Shown here in pieces: positions 41,564-55,318 of a DNA stretch of 64,000 nt; the stretch's first letter is position 1; every line of letters starts with the position of its first letter. Location: positions 86,003 through 150,002 of the forward strand of contig RHPI01000773.1 in assembly GCA_009103225.1 (NCBI GenBank). Reading direction: 5' to 3'. The notes under the pieces were generated by a model. It worked only from the letters and a program-made list of their open reading frames with translations. It was not told the DNA's origin and made no database searches. This DNA is from Chlorokybus atmophyticus (Eukaryota; Plantae; Mesostigma and Chlorokybus algae). The position numbers and the translations under genes are program-made.

Positions 41564-41972
41564 TGTAACAACCATCTCGGCCATGGCAAAAGTAGCTACT
41601 ATGAGGAGAGGCGTCAAAGTTTTATAATTTATTAATTTATTAATACGCGCGGCGTGACATTCCTCCCGATTTTAATCTGCGGCGACCTGTCCGCGTCCCG
41701 GCTAGGTACGGCTGTGTTGCACTGTACCGGCAAGGTACCTGACCACGCGCGCAGCCAATGCGCAGAGCGACCCGCGCGTTTAACCTTTAGAAGTCACATA
41801 AATCACAGTCGCCCTCCCCACTCATCCGCACGCAACAAGGTTTGCACCTGTGTCCCGAGCTCGCGATACCAATCACTAAAGTGTAACAACCATCTCAGCC
41901 ATGGTAGAAATAGTGGCTACCATGAAGAGAGGCGTGCGGTGTTATAATTTAATACTACGCACGCGGCGTGAC
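41564..41972. repeat. Pair of ~95-bp imperfect direct repeats 318 bp apart
   Basis: tgtaacaaccatctc(g/a)gccatgg...gagaggcgt...ttataattta...cgcggcgtgaca at 41564-41659 and 41882-41972. Confidence 0.8.
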
Positions 41973-43118
41973 AATTACTTTTGTAATGTTATTGAAGATC
42001 GTGCGGGAAATAGGCTCCGTTCTGCAGCTATTGTTGTAGAGGTCTCTGTACCTCTACAATGTGACCTCATGGACTTGGTAATGTTAATAAAAACATGGCA
42101 AACCAATAACATACACATCTCCCTCCACATTGTCAGACGGTTACCAGGGCTCCTACTGCACAAAAATAAGGTATGCAAAGGTGGTTGCCGCCTATGGAAG
42201 TAGACTATCACCACCACAACAATAGCATGCAGCTATTTCAATCAGGCTTGTAGACCAATTCTTTAGCACCAAGGTATTTACTTCCGATTGTAAGCTGAGC
42301 TTCCGGCGAGTCGAGACGAGTTGTAGTGCGGTTGCAGGTTGAGCTTGTAAGTATCCGTGCGATGTACATTGTTGTTCGCAAATGTGTATGTTCTAAGAGT
42401 CATACGACATGTTTATTGCTTGCCGTCTTTGTTTAAAACAAGCATTGTATGACGAGTGGCCACATACTAGCATGGCATGCACTCGCGTGCACAAGTGCAT
42501 GGTGTGCATATTTCTCTCATAGGCTCCGATTGCAAACATTTGGATAGTCTCAACTGGCCTATTACGCAGAGCACGCATGTATATGCACATACACTCACTT
42601 GGTGTCTGCTATGCCGACTCAATATACGCAAAACCCAATTGTCACAAATATTGTCACAAATACGAGCAAGACACTTTTGCAGGGCTGTGTCTCAGGCCGC
42701 ATTGTACAATGCCTATGAGACTTCACGTCCAAGCAATGTAATGCTAAGCACTGGTCAGTGCATATGCTTGCAGACTTGAAATCACAAGAATAGAACGCAT
42801 AACTCATAGGCACCAGACAATGCAATTAAGTCCAACTTCGTCCTTGCCATGCCCTACTGCTAGTAGTATGAACATCCCGTGTTCATGTGCTCACACAATT
42901 ATGCATCATGGCATACGCCTTGTCAAACTTCACACTATGCGCACATAGGCCAACAACGACATGGCTGACAATGGCATCAAACTGTCTTTGGGTATCACAC
43001 GGTGTATATTATGTATATTATGTAAATTACCTATATAGGACCTTGCTGTCCTCCATCTGAAGACTGTTTTATGTGTACAGATACATGTCCAAACTTACAG
43101 CCATGTATCTGGGAGATG

Positions 43119-44580
43119 CGGTGGAGGTTAAAGGTCATTACTTGAGAACGCTACCGCTCTACCTCATCAATGCCGTACATGTCTTACAGGGGACCTCATC
43201 CTTAAGCTGCTAGTGCCGAATCTGCATAGGCTAAGGGATGTGAAGCCAAGTTAGCAACTTCTTGTAGGTAGCTAACAGGCGGGCCACTTCGCTCAAGGGG
43301 CCCATTGTTAGACCTAACCATCATGGATGGTCGGATACAAAGCTGCGGTGAGTTTTGTGAGCCACCGATGTGACATCTTTTTCGCATCACCTATATTACG
43401 CATTAAACGACGTTGGTCGTCAACATTGCTGATGTTGCGAGTTGCGCCTGCGTCTCTATAGCGAGTAAGTCGGATAGTGCACGCTTTTACGACCTATAGT
43501 AGGAATGGTTTTGCAAAATCAAGTTACTCCTAATTGCAACGCGGCAATGCGCATGGTCAGCAATGCATTTTAATGACGCCTTTTTATGACGACGCTGTTG
43601 CATCTTGCAATTAATAAAGACAGACATTATTGCGACATAACAACATACGTTAGCAGATGGTCTGTCGGTGGCTATTGATATTGACCGCAACATCATCGGA
43701 CCCTAATACAATAGTATTGAGCCACGTTAGTTCGGCCAATCCGACATCTGGACAAGAAAATGGCTGAGAAACCTGAAGTGGCCCACCGCTTGTCTAGAGG
43801 CGGAATTGCAAAGTCTTACTTTGCTTGTCAGTGGTTAAATCTGCTATGGCCGCCACATGATGGAAGGACATTGCTGTGTGAAAACGCCCCCATCGGCTGC
43901 GCTTCGTCACGTAGACCGCGAAAATGAATAGGTGGGTATTTATCTCCCTCCCAAAAGGTTGGATAGTAATTCTGGTCGATCAGGTCTTAGAGTCAATACA
44001 TGTATCAATTGATTCATTCGTTGCAAGTGATGTCAGCATACAAGTTCTTACTTCCATCCCGAAAAGAAGTTAGAGTCTTCCATCCGCTACTTGATGTCTT
44101 CCTCTGAGCTGCACCCACGACTTCACCTCCCGCTGGGGCACATATGGTAGACATTATACAGTTGGGGCGCGTGCAACAAACCGGCTGAGATGCGCGCCCC
44201 GTTGTAAAAGGACTACCACAAGTGCCCTGGAGCGGGCTCGAAGGCAGACATCAAACATCGAGTGGAATAGTTACTTCTGAGAATAAAAGGTAGGAACCCT
44301 GCCACGGCCAGCGACCTCACCTGCAACACTTGGATCAACCGTTACATGTATTGACTCTAGGACCTTATTGACTGAAACAACTAACCAAACCTGTTTAGTG
44401 GGAGATCACTACCCACCCATCCAATCTCAAGACCTATGCGACGAAGTACAGCCAATGGAGGCGTTTTCACATGGAAATGTCTTTCCATGCCACATCAGAC
44501 TTAAGTAGGCAAAGCAAGCCTTTACAATACCATGAGGTAGAGCGGTGGCGTTCTCAAGTGATGACCTTTGACCTCCACCG
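43119..44580. repeat. Three related segments in inverted arrangement (foldback)
   Basis: 43119-43167 is the reverse complement of 44532-44580 (46/49 identical). ~43770-44004 is an inverted, more diverged copy of ~44343-44560, e.g. aggtcttagagtcaatacatgta vs tacatgtattgactctaggacct. Confidence 0.85.
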
Positions 44581-44589
44581 CCGAGCGCA

Positions 44590-45039
44590 ATATGGTTGAA
44601 GGTAATGTCAACAACTTGAAAGTAATAGTTGAGCGGCTCTGAATGACAAGTCAACTTATCAATTGTTAAGTTGTTGCCCTGTTCCCCGCATGAAGCAGGC
44701 ACAGCAATATTTAATGCCACCTTATGTATGTGAATAGAGAAAGTTACCACCGGGCACTCCTTCACCTGTCTCCGCCATCACCTCCGCCCCCCTCTCCTCC
44801 ACCGCCTCCGCCATCGCCTCCACCCCCCTCTCCTCCACCATCTCCTCCTTCGCCTCCACCACCGTCTCCGCCATCCCCTCCACCGCCCTCTCTTCCACCG
44901 CCTACGCCATCCCCTCCACCGCCCTCTCCACCATCACCTCCACCACCCTTTCCTCCTGCGTCACCTCCCCCGCCCTCTCCACCGTCGTCTCCCCCGCTCC
45001 CTGCCCCCTCACCTTCCCCACCACCACGGCCACCCTCCN
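44590..45039 (+). pseudogene. Decayed partial duplicate of the LTD gene (33.69-34.5 kb), including the SPPPP exon
   Basis: aatgtcaacaacttgaaagtaatagttgagcggctctgaatg matches 33706 aatgtcaacaactcgaaaatgacagttgagcggctctggatg. gcatgaagca is shared. TTGHSFT matches NTGQTFT, followed by an SP-repeat out of frame. Confidence 0.75.
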
Positions 45040-45040
45040 G

Positions 45041-48000
45041 AACGCACATGCACGTGCATGCGTGCATGGCTAACGGAGTAGTAGGGGTAGTATAGTATAA
45101 TAAATAGATTGCAAGGATTGTGGCATGCATGAGAGTGCGACACACACATGCATGAGCAGTCTACTCACCACACCATGAAGCACTCTCATTAACCACCGGG
45201 CTGCTAACCTAGCTGCTACCTACCTTCTCTACTGCCCATACCCCATTGGGCATGCATGCATGCATGCGTGCGTCATCACCTGCACATGCGCCTTGGTCAG
45301 CGGCCTTCTTGCAGCAGCAGCGGCCACACCAGCAGCAGGACTCAACGGACTCCCCCTCCTGCTTCACCCACACCCCCGCCGCCATCTCCGCAAGCCTCCT
45401 ACTGCCGTCTTGTCTGCCAGCTTAGGGCTCTGTCAGTACACGCACGCATGCATGTACGGCAGGCACGGAAACTCCCTCTGCGGCGGTGCATGTCGTGGCT
45501 GTGTGCATAATGCAGACATGCATCGGCCCTGTGGGCAGGTGAACGCACATGCACGTGCATGCGTGCATGGCTAACGGAGTAGTAGGGGTAGTATAGTATA
45601 ATAAATAGATTGCAAGGATTGTGGCATGCATGAGAGTGCGACACACACATGCATGAGCAGTCTACTCACCACACCATGAAGCACTCTCATTAACCACCGG
45701 GCTGCTAACCTAGCTGCTACCTACCTTCTCTACTGCCCATACCCCATTGGGCATGCATGCATGCATGCGTGCGTCATCACCTGCACATGCGCCTTGGTCA
45801 GCGGCCTTCTTGCAGCAGCAGCGGCCACACCAGCAGCAGGACTCAACGGACTCCCCCTCCTGCTTCACCCACACCCCCGCCGCCATCTCCGCAAGCCTCC
45901 TACTGCCGTCTTGTCTGCCAGCTTAGGGCTCTGTCAGTACACGCACGCATGCATGTACGGCAGGCACGGAAACTCCCTCTGCGGCGGTGCATGTCGTGGC
46001 TGTGTGCATAATGCAGACATGCATCGGCCCTGTGGGCAGGTGAACGCACATGCACGTGCATGCGTGCATGGCTAACGGAGTAGTAGGGGTAGTATAGTAT
46101 AATAAATAGATTGCAAGGATTGTGGCATGCATGAGAGTGCGACACACACATGCATGAGCAGTCTACTCACCACACCATGAAGCACTCTCATTAACCACCG
46201 GGCTGCTAACCTAGCTGCTACCTACCTTCTCTACTGCCCATACCCCATTGGGCATGCATGCATGCATGCGTGCGTCATCACCTGCACATGCGCCTTGGTC
46301 AGCGGCCTTCTTGCAGCAGCAGCGGCCACACCAGCAGCAGGACTCAACGGACTCCCCCTCCTGCTTCACCCACACCCCCGCCGCCATCTCCGCAAGCCTC
46401 CTACTGCCGTCTTGTCTGCCAGCTTAGGGCTCTGTCAGTACACGCACGCATGCATGTACGGCAGGCACGGAAACTCCCTCTGCGGCGGTGCATGTCGTGG
46501 CTGTGTGCATAATGCAGACATGCATCGGCCCTGTGGGCAGGTGAACGCACATGCACGTGCATGCGTGCATGGCTAACGGAGTAGTAGGGGTAGTATAGTA
46601 TAATAAATAGATTGCAAGGATTGTGGCATGCATGAGAGTGCGACACACACATGCATGAGCAGTCTACTCACCACACCATGAAGCACTCTCATTAACCACC
46701 GGGCTGCTAACCTAGCTGCTACCTACCTTCTCTACTGCCCATACCCCATTGGGCATGCATGCATGCATGCGTGCGTCATCACCTGCACATGCGCCTTGGT
46801 CAGCGGCCTTCTTGCAGCAGCAGCGGCCACACCAGCAGCAGGACTCAACGGACTCCCCCTCCTGCTTCACCCACACCCCCGCCGCCATCTCCGCAAGCCT
46901 CCTACTGCCGTCTTGTCTGCCAGCTTAGGGCTCTGTCAGTACACGCACGCATGCATGTACGGCAGGCACGGAAACTCCCTCTGCGGCGGTGCATGTCGTG
47001 GCTGTGTGCATAATGCAGACATGCATCGGCCCTGTGGGCAGGTGAACGCACATGCACGTGCATGCGTGCATGGCTAACGGAGTAGTAGGGGTAGTATAGT
47101 ATAATAAATAGATTGCAAGGATTGTGGCATGCATGAGAGTGCGACACACACATGCATGAGCAGTCTACTCACCACACCATGAAGCACTCTCATTAACCAC
47201 CGGGCTGCTAACCTAGCTGCTACCTACCTTCTCTACTGCCCATACCCCATTGGGCATGCATGCATGCATGCGTGCGTCATCACCTGCACATGCGCCTTGG
47301 TCAGCGGCCTTCTTGCAGCAGCAGCGGCCACACCAGCAGCAGGACTCAACGGACTCCCCCTCCTGCTTCACCCACACCCCCGCCGCCATCTCCGCAAGCC
47401 TCCTACTGCCGTCTTGTCTGCCAGCTTAGGGCTCTGTCAGTACACGCACGCATGCATGTACGGCAGGCACGGAAACTCCCTCTGCGGCGGTGCATGTCGT
47501 GGCTGTGTGCATAATGCAGACATGCATCGGCCCTGTGGGCAGGTGAACGCACATGCACGTGCATGCGTGCATGGCTAACGGAGTAGTAGGGGTAGTATAG
47601 TATAATAAATAGATTGCAAGGATTGTGGCATGCATGAGAGTGCGACACACACATGCATGAGCAGTCTACTCACCACACCATGAAGCACTCTCATTAACCA
47701 CCGGGCTGCTAACCTAGCTGCTACCTACCTTCTCTACTGCCCATACCCCATTGGGCATGCATGCATGCATGCGTGCGTCATCACCTGCACATGCGCCTTG
47801 GTCAGCGGCCTTCTTGCAGCAGCAGCGGCCACACCAGCAGCAGGACTCAACGGACTCCCCCTCCCCCTGCTTCACCCACACCCCCGCCGCCATCTCCGCA
47901 AGCCTCCTACTGCCGTCTTGTCTGCCAGCTTAGGGCTCTGTCAGTACACGCACGCATGCATGTACGGCAGGCACGGAAACTCCCTCTGCGGCGGTGCATG

Positions 48001-50780
48001 TCGTGGCTGTGTGCATAATGCAGACATGCATCGGCCCTGTGGGCAGGTGAACGCACATGCACGTGCATGCGTGCATGGCTAACGGAGTAGTAGGGGTAGT
48101 ATAGTATAATAAATAGATTGCAAGGATTGTGGCATGCATGAGAGTGCGACACACACATGCATGAGCAGTCTACTCACCACACCATGAAGCACTCTCATTA
48201 ACCACCGGGCTGCTAACCTAGCTGCTACCTACCTTCTCTACTGCCCATACCCCATTGGGCATGCATGCATGCATGCGTGCGTCATCACCTGCACATGCGC
48301 CTTGGTCAGCGGCCTTCTTGCAGCAGCAGCGGCCACACCAGCAGCAGGACTCAACGGACTCCCCCTCCTGCTTCACCCACACCCCCGCCGCCATCTCCGC
48401 AAGCCTCCTACTGCCGTCTTGTCTGCCAGCTTAGGGCTCTGTCAGTACACGCACGCATGCATGTACGGCAGGCACGGAAACTCCCTCTGCGGCGGTGCAT
48501 GTCGTGGCTGTGTGCATAATGCAGACATGCATCGGCCCTGTGGGCAGGTGAACGCACATGCACGTGCATGCGTGCATGGCTAACGGAGTAGTAGGGGTAG
48601 TATAGTATAATAAATAGATTGCAAGGATTGTGGCATGCATGAGAGTGCGACACACACATGCATGAGCAGTCTACTCACCACACCATGAAGCACTCTCATT
48701 AACCACCGGGCTGCTAACCTAGCTGCTACCTACCTTCTCTACTGCCCATACCCCATTGGGCATGCATGCATGCATGCGTGCGTCATCACCTGCACATGCG
48801 CCTTGGTCAGCGGCCTTCTTGCAGCAGCAGCGGCCACACCAGCAGCAGGACTCAACGGACTCCCCCTCCTGCTTCACCCACACCCCCGCCGCCATCTCCG
48901 CAAGCCTCCTACTGCCGTCTTGTCTGCCAGCTTAGGGCTCTGTCAGTACACGCACGCATGCATGTACGGCAGGCACGGAAACTCCCTCTGCGGCGGTGCA
49001 TGTCGTGGCTGTGTGCATAATGCAGACATGCATCGGCCCTGTGGGCAGGTGAACGCACATGCACGTGCATGCGTGCATGGCTAACGGAGTAGTAGGGGTA
49101 GTATAGTATAATAAATAGATTGCAAGGATTGTGGCATGCATGAGAGTGCGACACACACATGCATGAGCAGTCTACTCACCACACCATGAAGCACTCTCAT
49201 TAACCACCGGGCTGCTAACCTAGCTGCTACCTACCTTCTCTACTGCCCATACCCCATTGGGCATGCATGCATGCATGCGTGCGTCATCACCTGCACATGC
49301 GCCTTGGTCAGCGGCCTTCTTGCAGCAGCAGCGGCCACACCAGCAGCAGGACTCAACGGACTCCCCCTCCTGCTTCACCCACACCCCCGCCGCCATCTCC
49401 GCAAGCCTCCTACTGCCGTCTTGTCTGCCAGCTTAGGGCTCTGTCAGTACACGCACGCATGCATGTACGGCAGGCACGGAAACTCCCTCTGCGGCGGTGC
49501 ATGTCGTGGCTGTGTGCATAATGCAGACATGCATCGGCCCTGTGGGCAGGTGAACGCACATGCACGTGCATGCGTGCATGGCTAACGGAGTAGTAGGGGT
49601 AGTATAGTATAATAAATAGATTGCAAGGATTGTGGCATGCATGAGAGTGCGACACACACATGCATGAGCAGTCTACTCACCACACCATGAAGCACTCTCA
49701 TTAACCACCGGGCTGCTAACCTAGCTGCTACCTACCTTCTCTACTGCCCATACCCCATTGGGCATGCATGCATGCATGCGTGCGTCATCACCTGCACATG
49801 CGCCTTGGTCAGCGGCCTTCTTGCAGCAGCAGCGGCCACACCAGCAGCAGGACTCAACGGACTCCCCCTCCTGCTTCACCCACACCCCCGCCGCCATCTC
49901 CGCAAGCCTCCTACTGCCGTCTTGTCTGCCAGCTTAGGGCTCTGTCAGTACACGCACGCATGCATGTACGGCAGGCACGGAAACTCCCTCTGCGGCGGTG
50001 CATGTCGTGGCTGTGTGCATAATGCAGACATGCATCGGCCCTGTGGGCAGGTGAACGCACATGCACGTGCATGCGTGCATGGCTAACGGAGTAGTAGGGG
50101 TAGTATAGTATAATAAATAGATTGCAAGGATTGTGGCATGCATGAGAGTGCGACACACACATGCATGAGCAGTCTACTCACCACACCATGAAGCACTCTC
50201 ATTAACCACCGGGCTGCTAACCTAGCTGCTACCTACCTTCTCTACTGCCCATACCCCATTGGGCATGCATGCATGCATGCGTGCGTCATCACCTGCACAT
50301 GCGCCTTGGTCAGCGGCCTTCTTGCAGCAGCAGCGGCCACACCAGCAGCAGGACTCAACGGACTCCCCCTCCTGCTTCACCCACACCCCCGCCGCCATCT
50401 CCGCAAGCCTCCTACTGCCGTCTTGTCTGCCAGCTTAGGGCTCTGTCAGTACACGCACGCATGCATGTACGGCAGGCACGGAAACTCCCTCTGCGGCGGT
50501 GCATGTCGTGGCTGTGTGCATAATGCAGACATGCATCGGCCCTGTGGGCAGGTGAACGCACATGCACGTGCATGCGTGCATGGCTAACGGAGTAGTAGGG
50601 GTAGTATAGTATAATAAATAGATTGCAAGGATTGTGGCATGCATGAGAGTGTGACACACACATGCATGAGCAGTCTACTCACCACACTATGAAGCACTCT
50701 CATTAACCACCGGGCTGCTAACCTAGCTGCTACCTACCTTCTCTACTGCCCATACGCATTAGACATGCATGCATGCGTGC
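45041..50780. repeat. Near-perfect tandem array: 11 full 501-bp units (one is 504 bp) plus a partial unit
   Basis: Units start at 45041, 45542, 46043, 46544, 47045, 47546, 48050, 48551, 49052, 49553, 50054 and 50555. There is a +3 nt insertion (ccc) near 47875. The last unit carries a few substitutions. Confidence 0.97.
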
Positions 50781-50789
50781 GTGTGTTAG

Positions 50790-53700
50790 GTAGTGAATGA
50801 ACCCGGTGATCAACCTTACAATAGTGTTGTTGGTATGCACTAAGTCGCTCTGCATGCTACTGACTGTGAATGCCACCATGCATGTGTGCATTTCCGTTTC
50901 GCATTGTTTGTACATAGGGAGGGAGGGATGTGTGTGCAAGCGCACGCGCGTGTGTCTCCCCCAGACCTGTACACGCACAGAAAATTGCTCCATAAAACCA
51001 AGGCGGTACAGATTCGCTGCCCCTGCGTTGGTGCAAAGTGCTACTGATCTGAAAGCGTTGGCTCTGGTTGCACCAAATGTGCCAGCATTCATGGGTAATG
51101 GACGCCCAGTGACAGCGCACAAACAAGCATGTGTTAATTGGTCGTCATACATACATATAATGTATACCCAATACATGCATACTTGCTGTGAAGGTTTCGG
51201 TACATTGGTATCTGATTGGCTAACTGCGTCTATGACACAAACAATACCCCCCTGGGCCTGCTGGACAGGAACAAAACCCAGCAGCTGAACCCATGTCGTG
51301 CTACACGAGAAACACACTGTTTTCACTATGTACAAAGCGGCGATGCTACAACTGATCAAGCCCACTCATTGGCAGCGCCCGCATAGAAGTGCCGCTTGCC
51401 AGGGCAGCTTTAGCCACAGCGGGTTGGAAAGCCATCTACTTGCGTCACAGGCACACAAGTCATGCGCATGTAGCGTTAGGGCACAAACCGTCTGCGACTG
51501 CCACACAGCCCTGTGGGAACACATGTGCATGCAAGGGGACATGGCCAACTGGGTCTATGCTGGCGGCCCTGACTCTCGGATATGCATGCATAAGCACATA
51601 GCGCCGCGTGCACATACTTACACACTGTACGTGTGAGACACGCACAAGTACATATAGTCGCACACAGACACGCGCGTCCCATCACACGCGCGTGCACACA
51701 CATTGACATGGAGAGAATCCCCTCCTTCAGGAGAGCCTTGCTCCTCCCCCCTCGCTTCCCCTCTCTCTTCTTTCACCTGCCCCGCACTCCCACACCACTG
51801 ACGCGCAAGTGCGCGGACCGCCTGTGGGAGCATCATGCGTCATGATGACCACAGTCACTCGAATTAGATGCTGGGCTGGTGGGGACAGATCAGTCGGTGT
51901 GGCGGGATTGGTGCGTAAGTAGATGGGCGGGAGGGGGGAAGGGGATGGGTGACCATATGTGTGCATGTGCAGCCTGTGTGTGCAAATTGCTGTCGTGGGG
52001 AGGGGGGCATGGGTAAGTGTGCGCGTGTGCATGCGTATCTCGGGAGCTGCTTGAGGCACAGCTTGANCCTTAGGCAATGCTACGTGATGAGTTCTACCTG
52101 CTTAAGCATTGCCCCCTTAAAAGCGATATCAACTAATGCAACCTTGTTTTAAGTACGTTAATGGCTTACCATCTCCATCAAAATTGTCATGCCTAGTGCC
52201 CGCGCATACCGGCCTTCATCGAGCATGCCTACATTAAAACCAGCGCCCGGCCTACCAGCATACCAGCGCGCGCGCGTCACTGACCAGTTGCTAGGTCATG
52301 ACTTCAGAGTAGCTCACGACCATAGCCTACATAGGCACCGCGCGTAGCTGTTCAGTTATGTGAGTTCATTTATAAGTTGTGTTCTATATCAAGTGGTGAT
52401 TGATATGATCATTAACTTATTTTTTGAGCAGTCATGATTTGGCTTGTATATATAGGCACAGTGTTCACCGGATCAGCTGGTGACACTGTGAGTGAGAAAG
52501 CTAAGAGCTTGTAAAACGACTTGAACTGCGAACACGCCATCCCGGTTACCAAGAACCCCCTCACTGTGTGAGAGCCTGTGCATGCTCGTGTGCATCATGC
52601 TTGGCATTGCTGTAAGCTTGGTGTGCCTGGTTACAGTGTGTTTGTTGGCATCAGTTAGGGCATGGTATCCACGTGTTGCTTGCTCATTCACCTCACTTAA
52701 CAGTGTAACACATTTTCCGCTCGTGCAAAGAATTGTGTAAACAGCACTACCTATAGTAGTGGCTTGGGGGGAGACGGGTGCGTGTGTGTGCTTGCTGTGT
52801 GTGAAGAGGGTCGGAAACGGGGGAGTGCGAATGCACTTGACTGTGAGCTGACAGTTCATTGCTCTGTTCTTGCGTTGCAACTGCTGATGTTTGCGTACCA
52901 GGTCGGGCAACCTTGCAAGGCCGTCCTGCAAAAAGGAGCACACACACCACTAGGTCGCTTCGTTTCGGGGGTGTCCAAAGCAAACACATGCGCACACTCT
53001 TTTTTCGACCTCAACAAGTCATGCGTTGATATTCAGGGCCTACTGCTCTCTTGCACCCTCTCATCGCATTTACTCTCATCTACTACTTACCGATGCTGAG
53101 CATACAGACGGAGCAGACGTCGGAGGCGCGGTTGGCGTGAGGGGCGTCACGAGCGTCTGCTTCCACAATTCGTTGGCGCTTCCGCCCGGAAAGTAGTGCT
53201 GGTCGTAGTACTTCACGCGGTTGCGGTTGTACACGTCCGCGACAGCTGAAGCAGGGGAGGAGGACGGGACAAGGTTGACAAATAGAGCAATGTAGTGCAC
53301 TCACATGCACGCTGTCACACACCCAGAAGCGTGCAGGCAGAATAAGAGCGCACACACGCACGCACAATTTTAACGACAACAACATGCATGCAACAACTTG
53401 CGCTCGCTGGCATTGTGTGCATGCGCGCGTACACATACACATGCACAGTTACAGATGTTGACGCGCGTGCACACGTGCGGAAAGACGAACAAGGCTGTTG
53501 TCACTGTTGGCCTCTGTGACCAGGTGGTAGCGGACAGGTGCCGGGCACAAACCTTTGGTTGGGGTAGTTGCGGGGCAGCTTGCACTCCGTCAATAGAAAC
53601 CTGTCGCCCTGAGTTTGGAACAGCACGCTTGTTGCCGTCGTCAGCACACATGCCTGCAGCGGCTCCTCCGCTGCACGTATGTGGAACATACATGCACAGT

Positions 53701-53905
53701 GTCAGCACAGCAACACAAGCAGCCAGCAACACAACACAGGACCTTCTGTCAACTTACCAACGAGTGTGCGAGTTACCAACACCCTGTACATTACTGCTAC
53801 TCGCAGAAAGGGTTCGTTGCGGCGGGAGATGCCGTACTCAAGGTCGTGGCGCGTGCCTGCCAGCGTCGCAGCATTGCACCCGCGCGTACACGTCTTCCTG
53901 GAGCG
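50790..53905 (-). CDS. Putative multi-exon gene of unknown function
   Basis: Stop-free, exon-like segments bounded by AG/GT: VNRSRKTCTRGCNAATLAGTRHDLEYG..., AVADVYNRNRVKYYDQHYFPGGSANELWKQTLVTP..., ATTIGSAVYTILCTSGKCVTLLSE, VTGRPLPMNAGTFGATRANAFRSVALC.... I recognise no family and could not resolve the frames. Confidence 0.3.
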
Positions 53906-54409
53906 GTTCACCTGGGGTGCACGAGGAACACTGAACCCCCGCTGTCAGGGGACTCGGCACGTACGGCAGCGCATCTGCAGGGAAGGAGGAAGACTGTATG
54001 CGTGCGTGCATACGTACAAACAGCTCCTAGCCGCTTGGCCTGCAGAAGGGCGGCGGCGCACTCTTCCGCCAGCAGCTCACACCTGACCACCGCCGGCTGG
54101 TTGTCACCTCTCGTGTGACTCCACTAACTCGGAGGTAGGTGTGAGGAACTGTCGTCGGGGGTTGGTAAATGTGTACACGAGTGGTCACACTGATTGACTG
54201 GCAATGATCACCAACAGCAAAGGAACATGAGTTGAGACTTTCACTTGCATATGATGTAGTAAATATGTGTATATAATGGTGCTGAGCCTGTCAAAACTGT
54301 GCAGAGTCACTTAATCAGCTAGTGTGTGTGCGATTGTGTGCGCGTGCGCGCAGGCAATCAGATGTAAAGAGCATTTTGTAACGTGCAGATGTTAAACGCA
54401 TGAGTGCAC

Positions 54410-55279
54410 ATTGATACGCACATGCGTGGGCACATGTACACACAATCTGGATTAAGTGCCCCTGTGTCCCAAGTAAGGTCAAAGGGTAACCACCTGCAAA
54501 GTGGACGACAGGGGCAGAGGGCTCAGCAAGAAGCGCTAACTCCAGCATGCACGACAGCCATCGCTGGCCTTTAACGCCTCTGCATCCCCAGCCCCCTTCT
54601 CTCACGTCATATGCATCTTATCACATGTCACACTTGCAACGGTAGGCAACAGGCGTAGCACTACTGTTGTCTGCTTTGAAGGCTGAGAAGTGTCATAACA
54701 GCGTACGTGAACGCGTCTGCATCTGCGTGTGTGTGCGCGTGCGCCAGTGCGTGGGTGGGTGTTTGGGGGGGGTTATATTCGTGCGTACGTGTGAAAGAGT
54801 AGCAGCAAGAGAGAAGCACATTATCACGCAATGAGGGAATAGATCGAGTACACGTAGAGAGCATGAGTGAAAGCGAGACAGAAGCAACAGTACATGTAGA
54901 AAGCGCACATAGCATAGCTGCAAGAGGGTGAGAGGAGAGAAGCTAGCATAGCATAGCAGCACGGGCGAGAATCGCTGGCATTTGCTGTGCCGAAGATGTT
55001 TGTTCACGACAACGCCATGACTAGCGTCGCAGACGCTGGCATATGTTTGTGAGGAAAAGCGTGTGAATGAGCATACCTACAGGCATTCAGCACGCGAGAA
55101 AGAGCGTCGGCGACCTCCCCCTCCCACCCCTAATACCCCCAGCACTTTGGTACCTGTGCACCACTGACCGTGCTGCTGCCGGGCTGGGCCAGCCCCGCAG
55201 CATCTTCGGCTCGAATTGCCCGCTTTCGTCGAGAAGGCACAAGTCGTCTCTTCCCCGTAATCCCCCTCCCCCAGCGCCT

Positions 55280-55318
<39 letters not shown>

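Noticed and set aside
45041-50780. The array as a CRISPR or rDNA repeat
   Set aside because: Units are 501 bp and identical with no unique spacers, and there is no rRNA-like sequence
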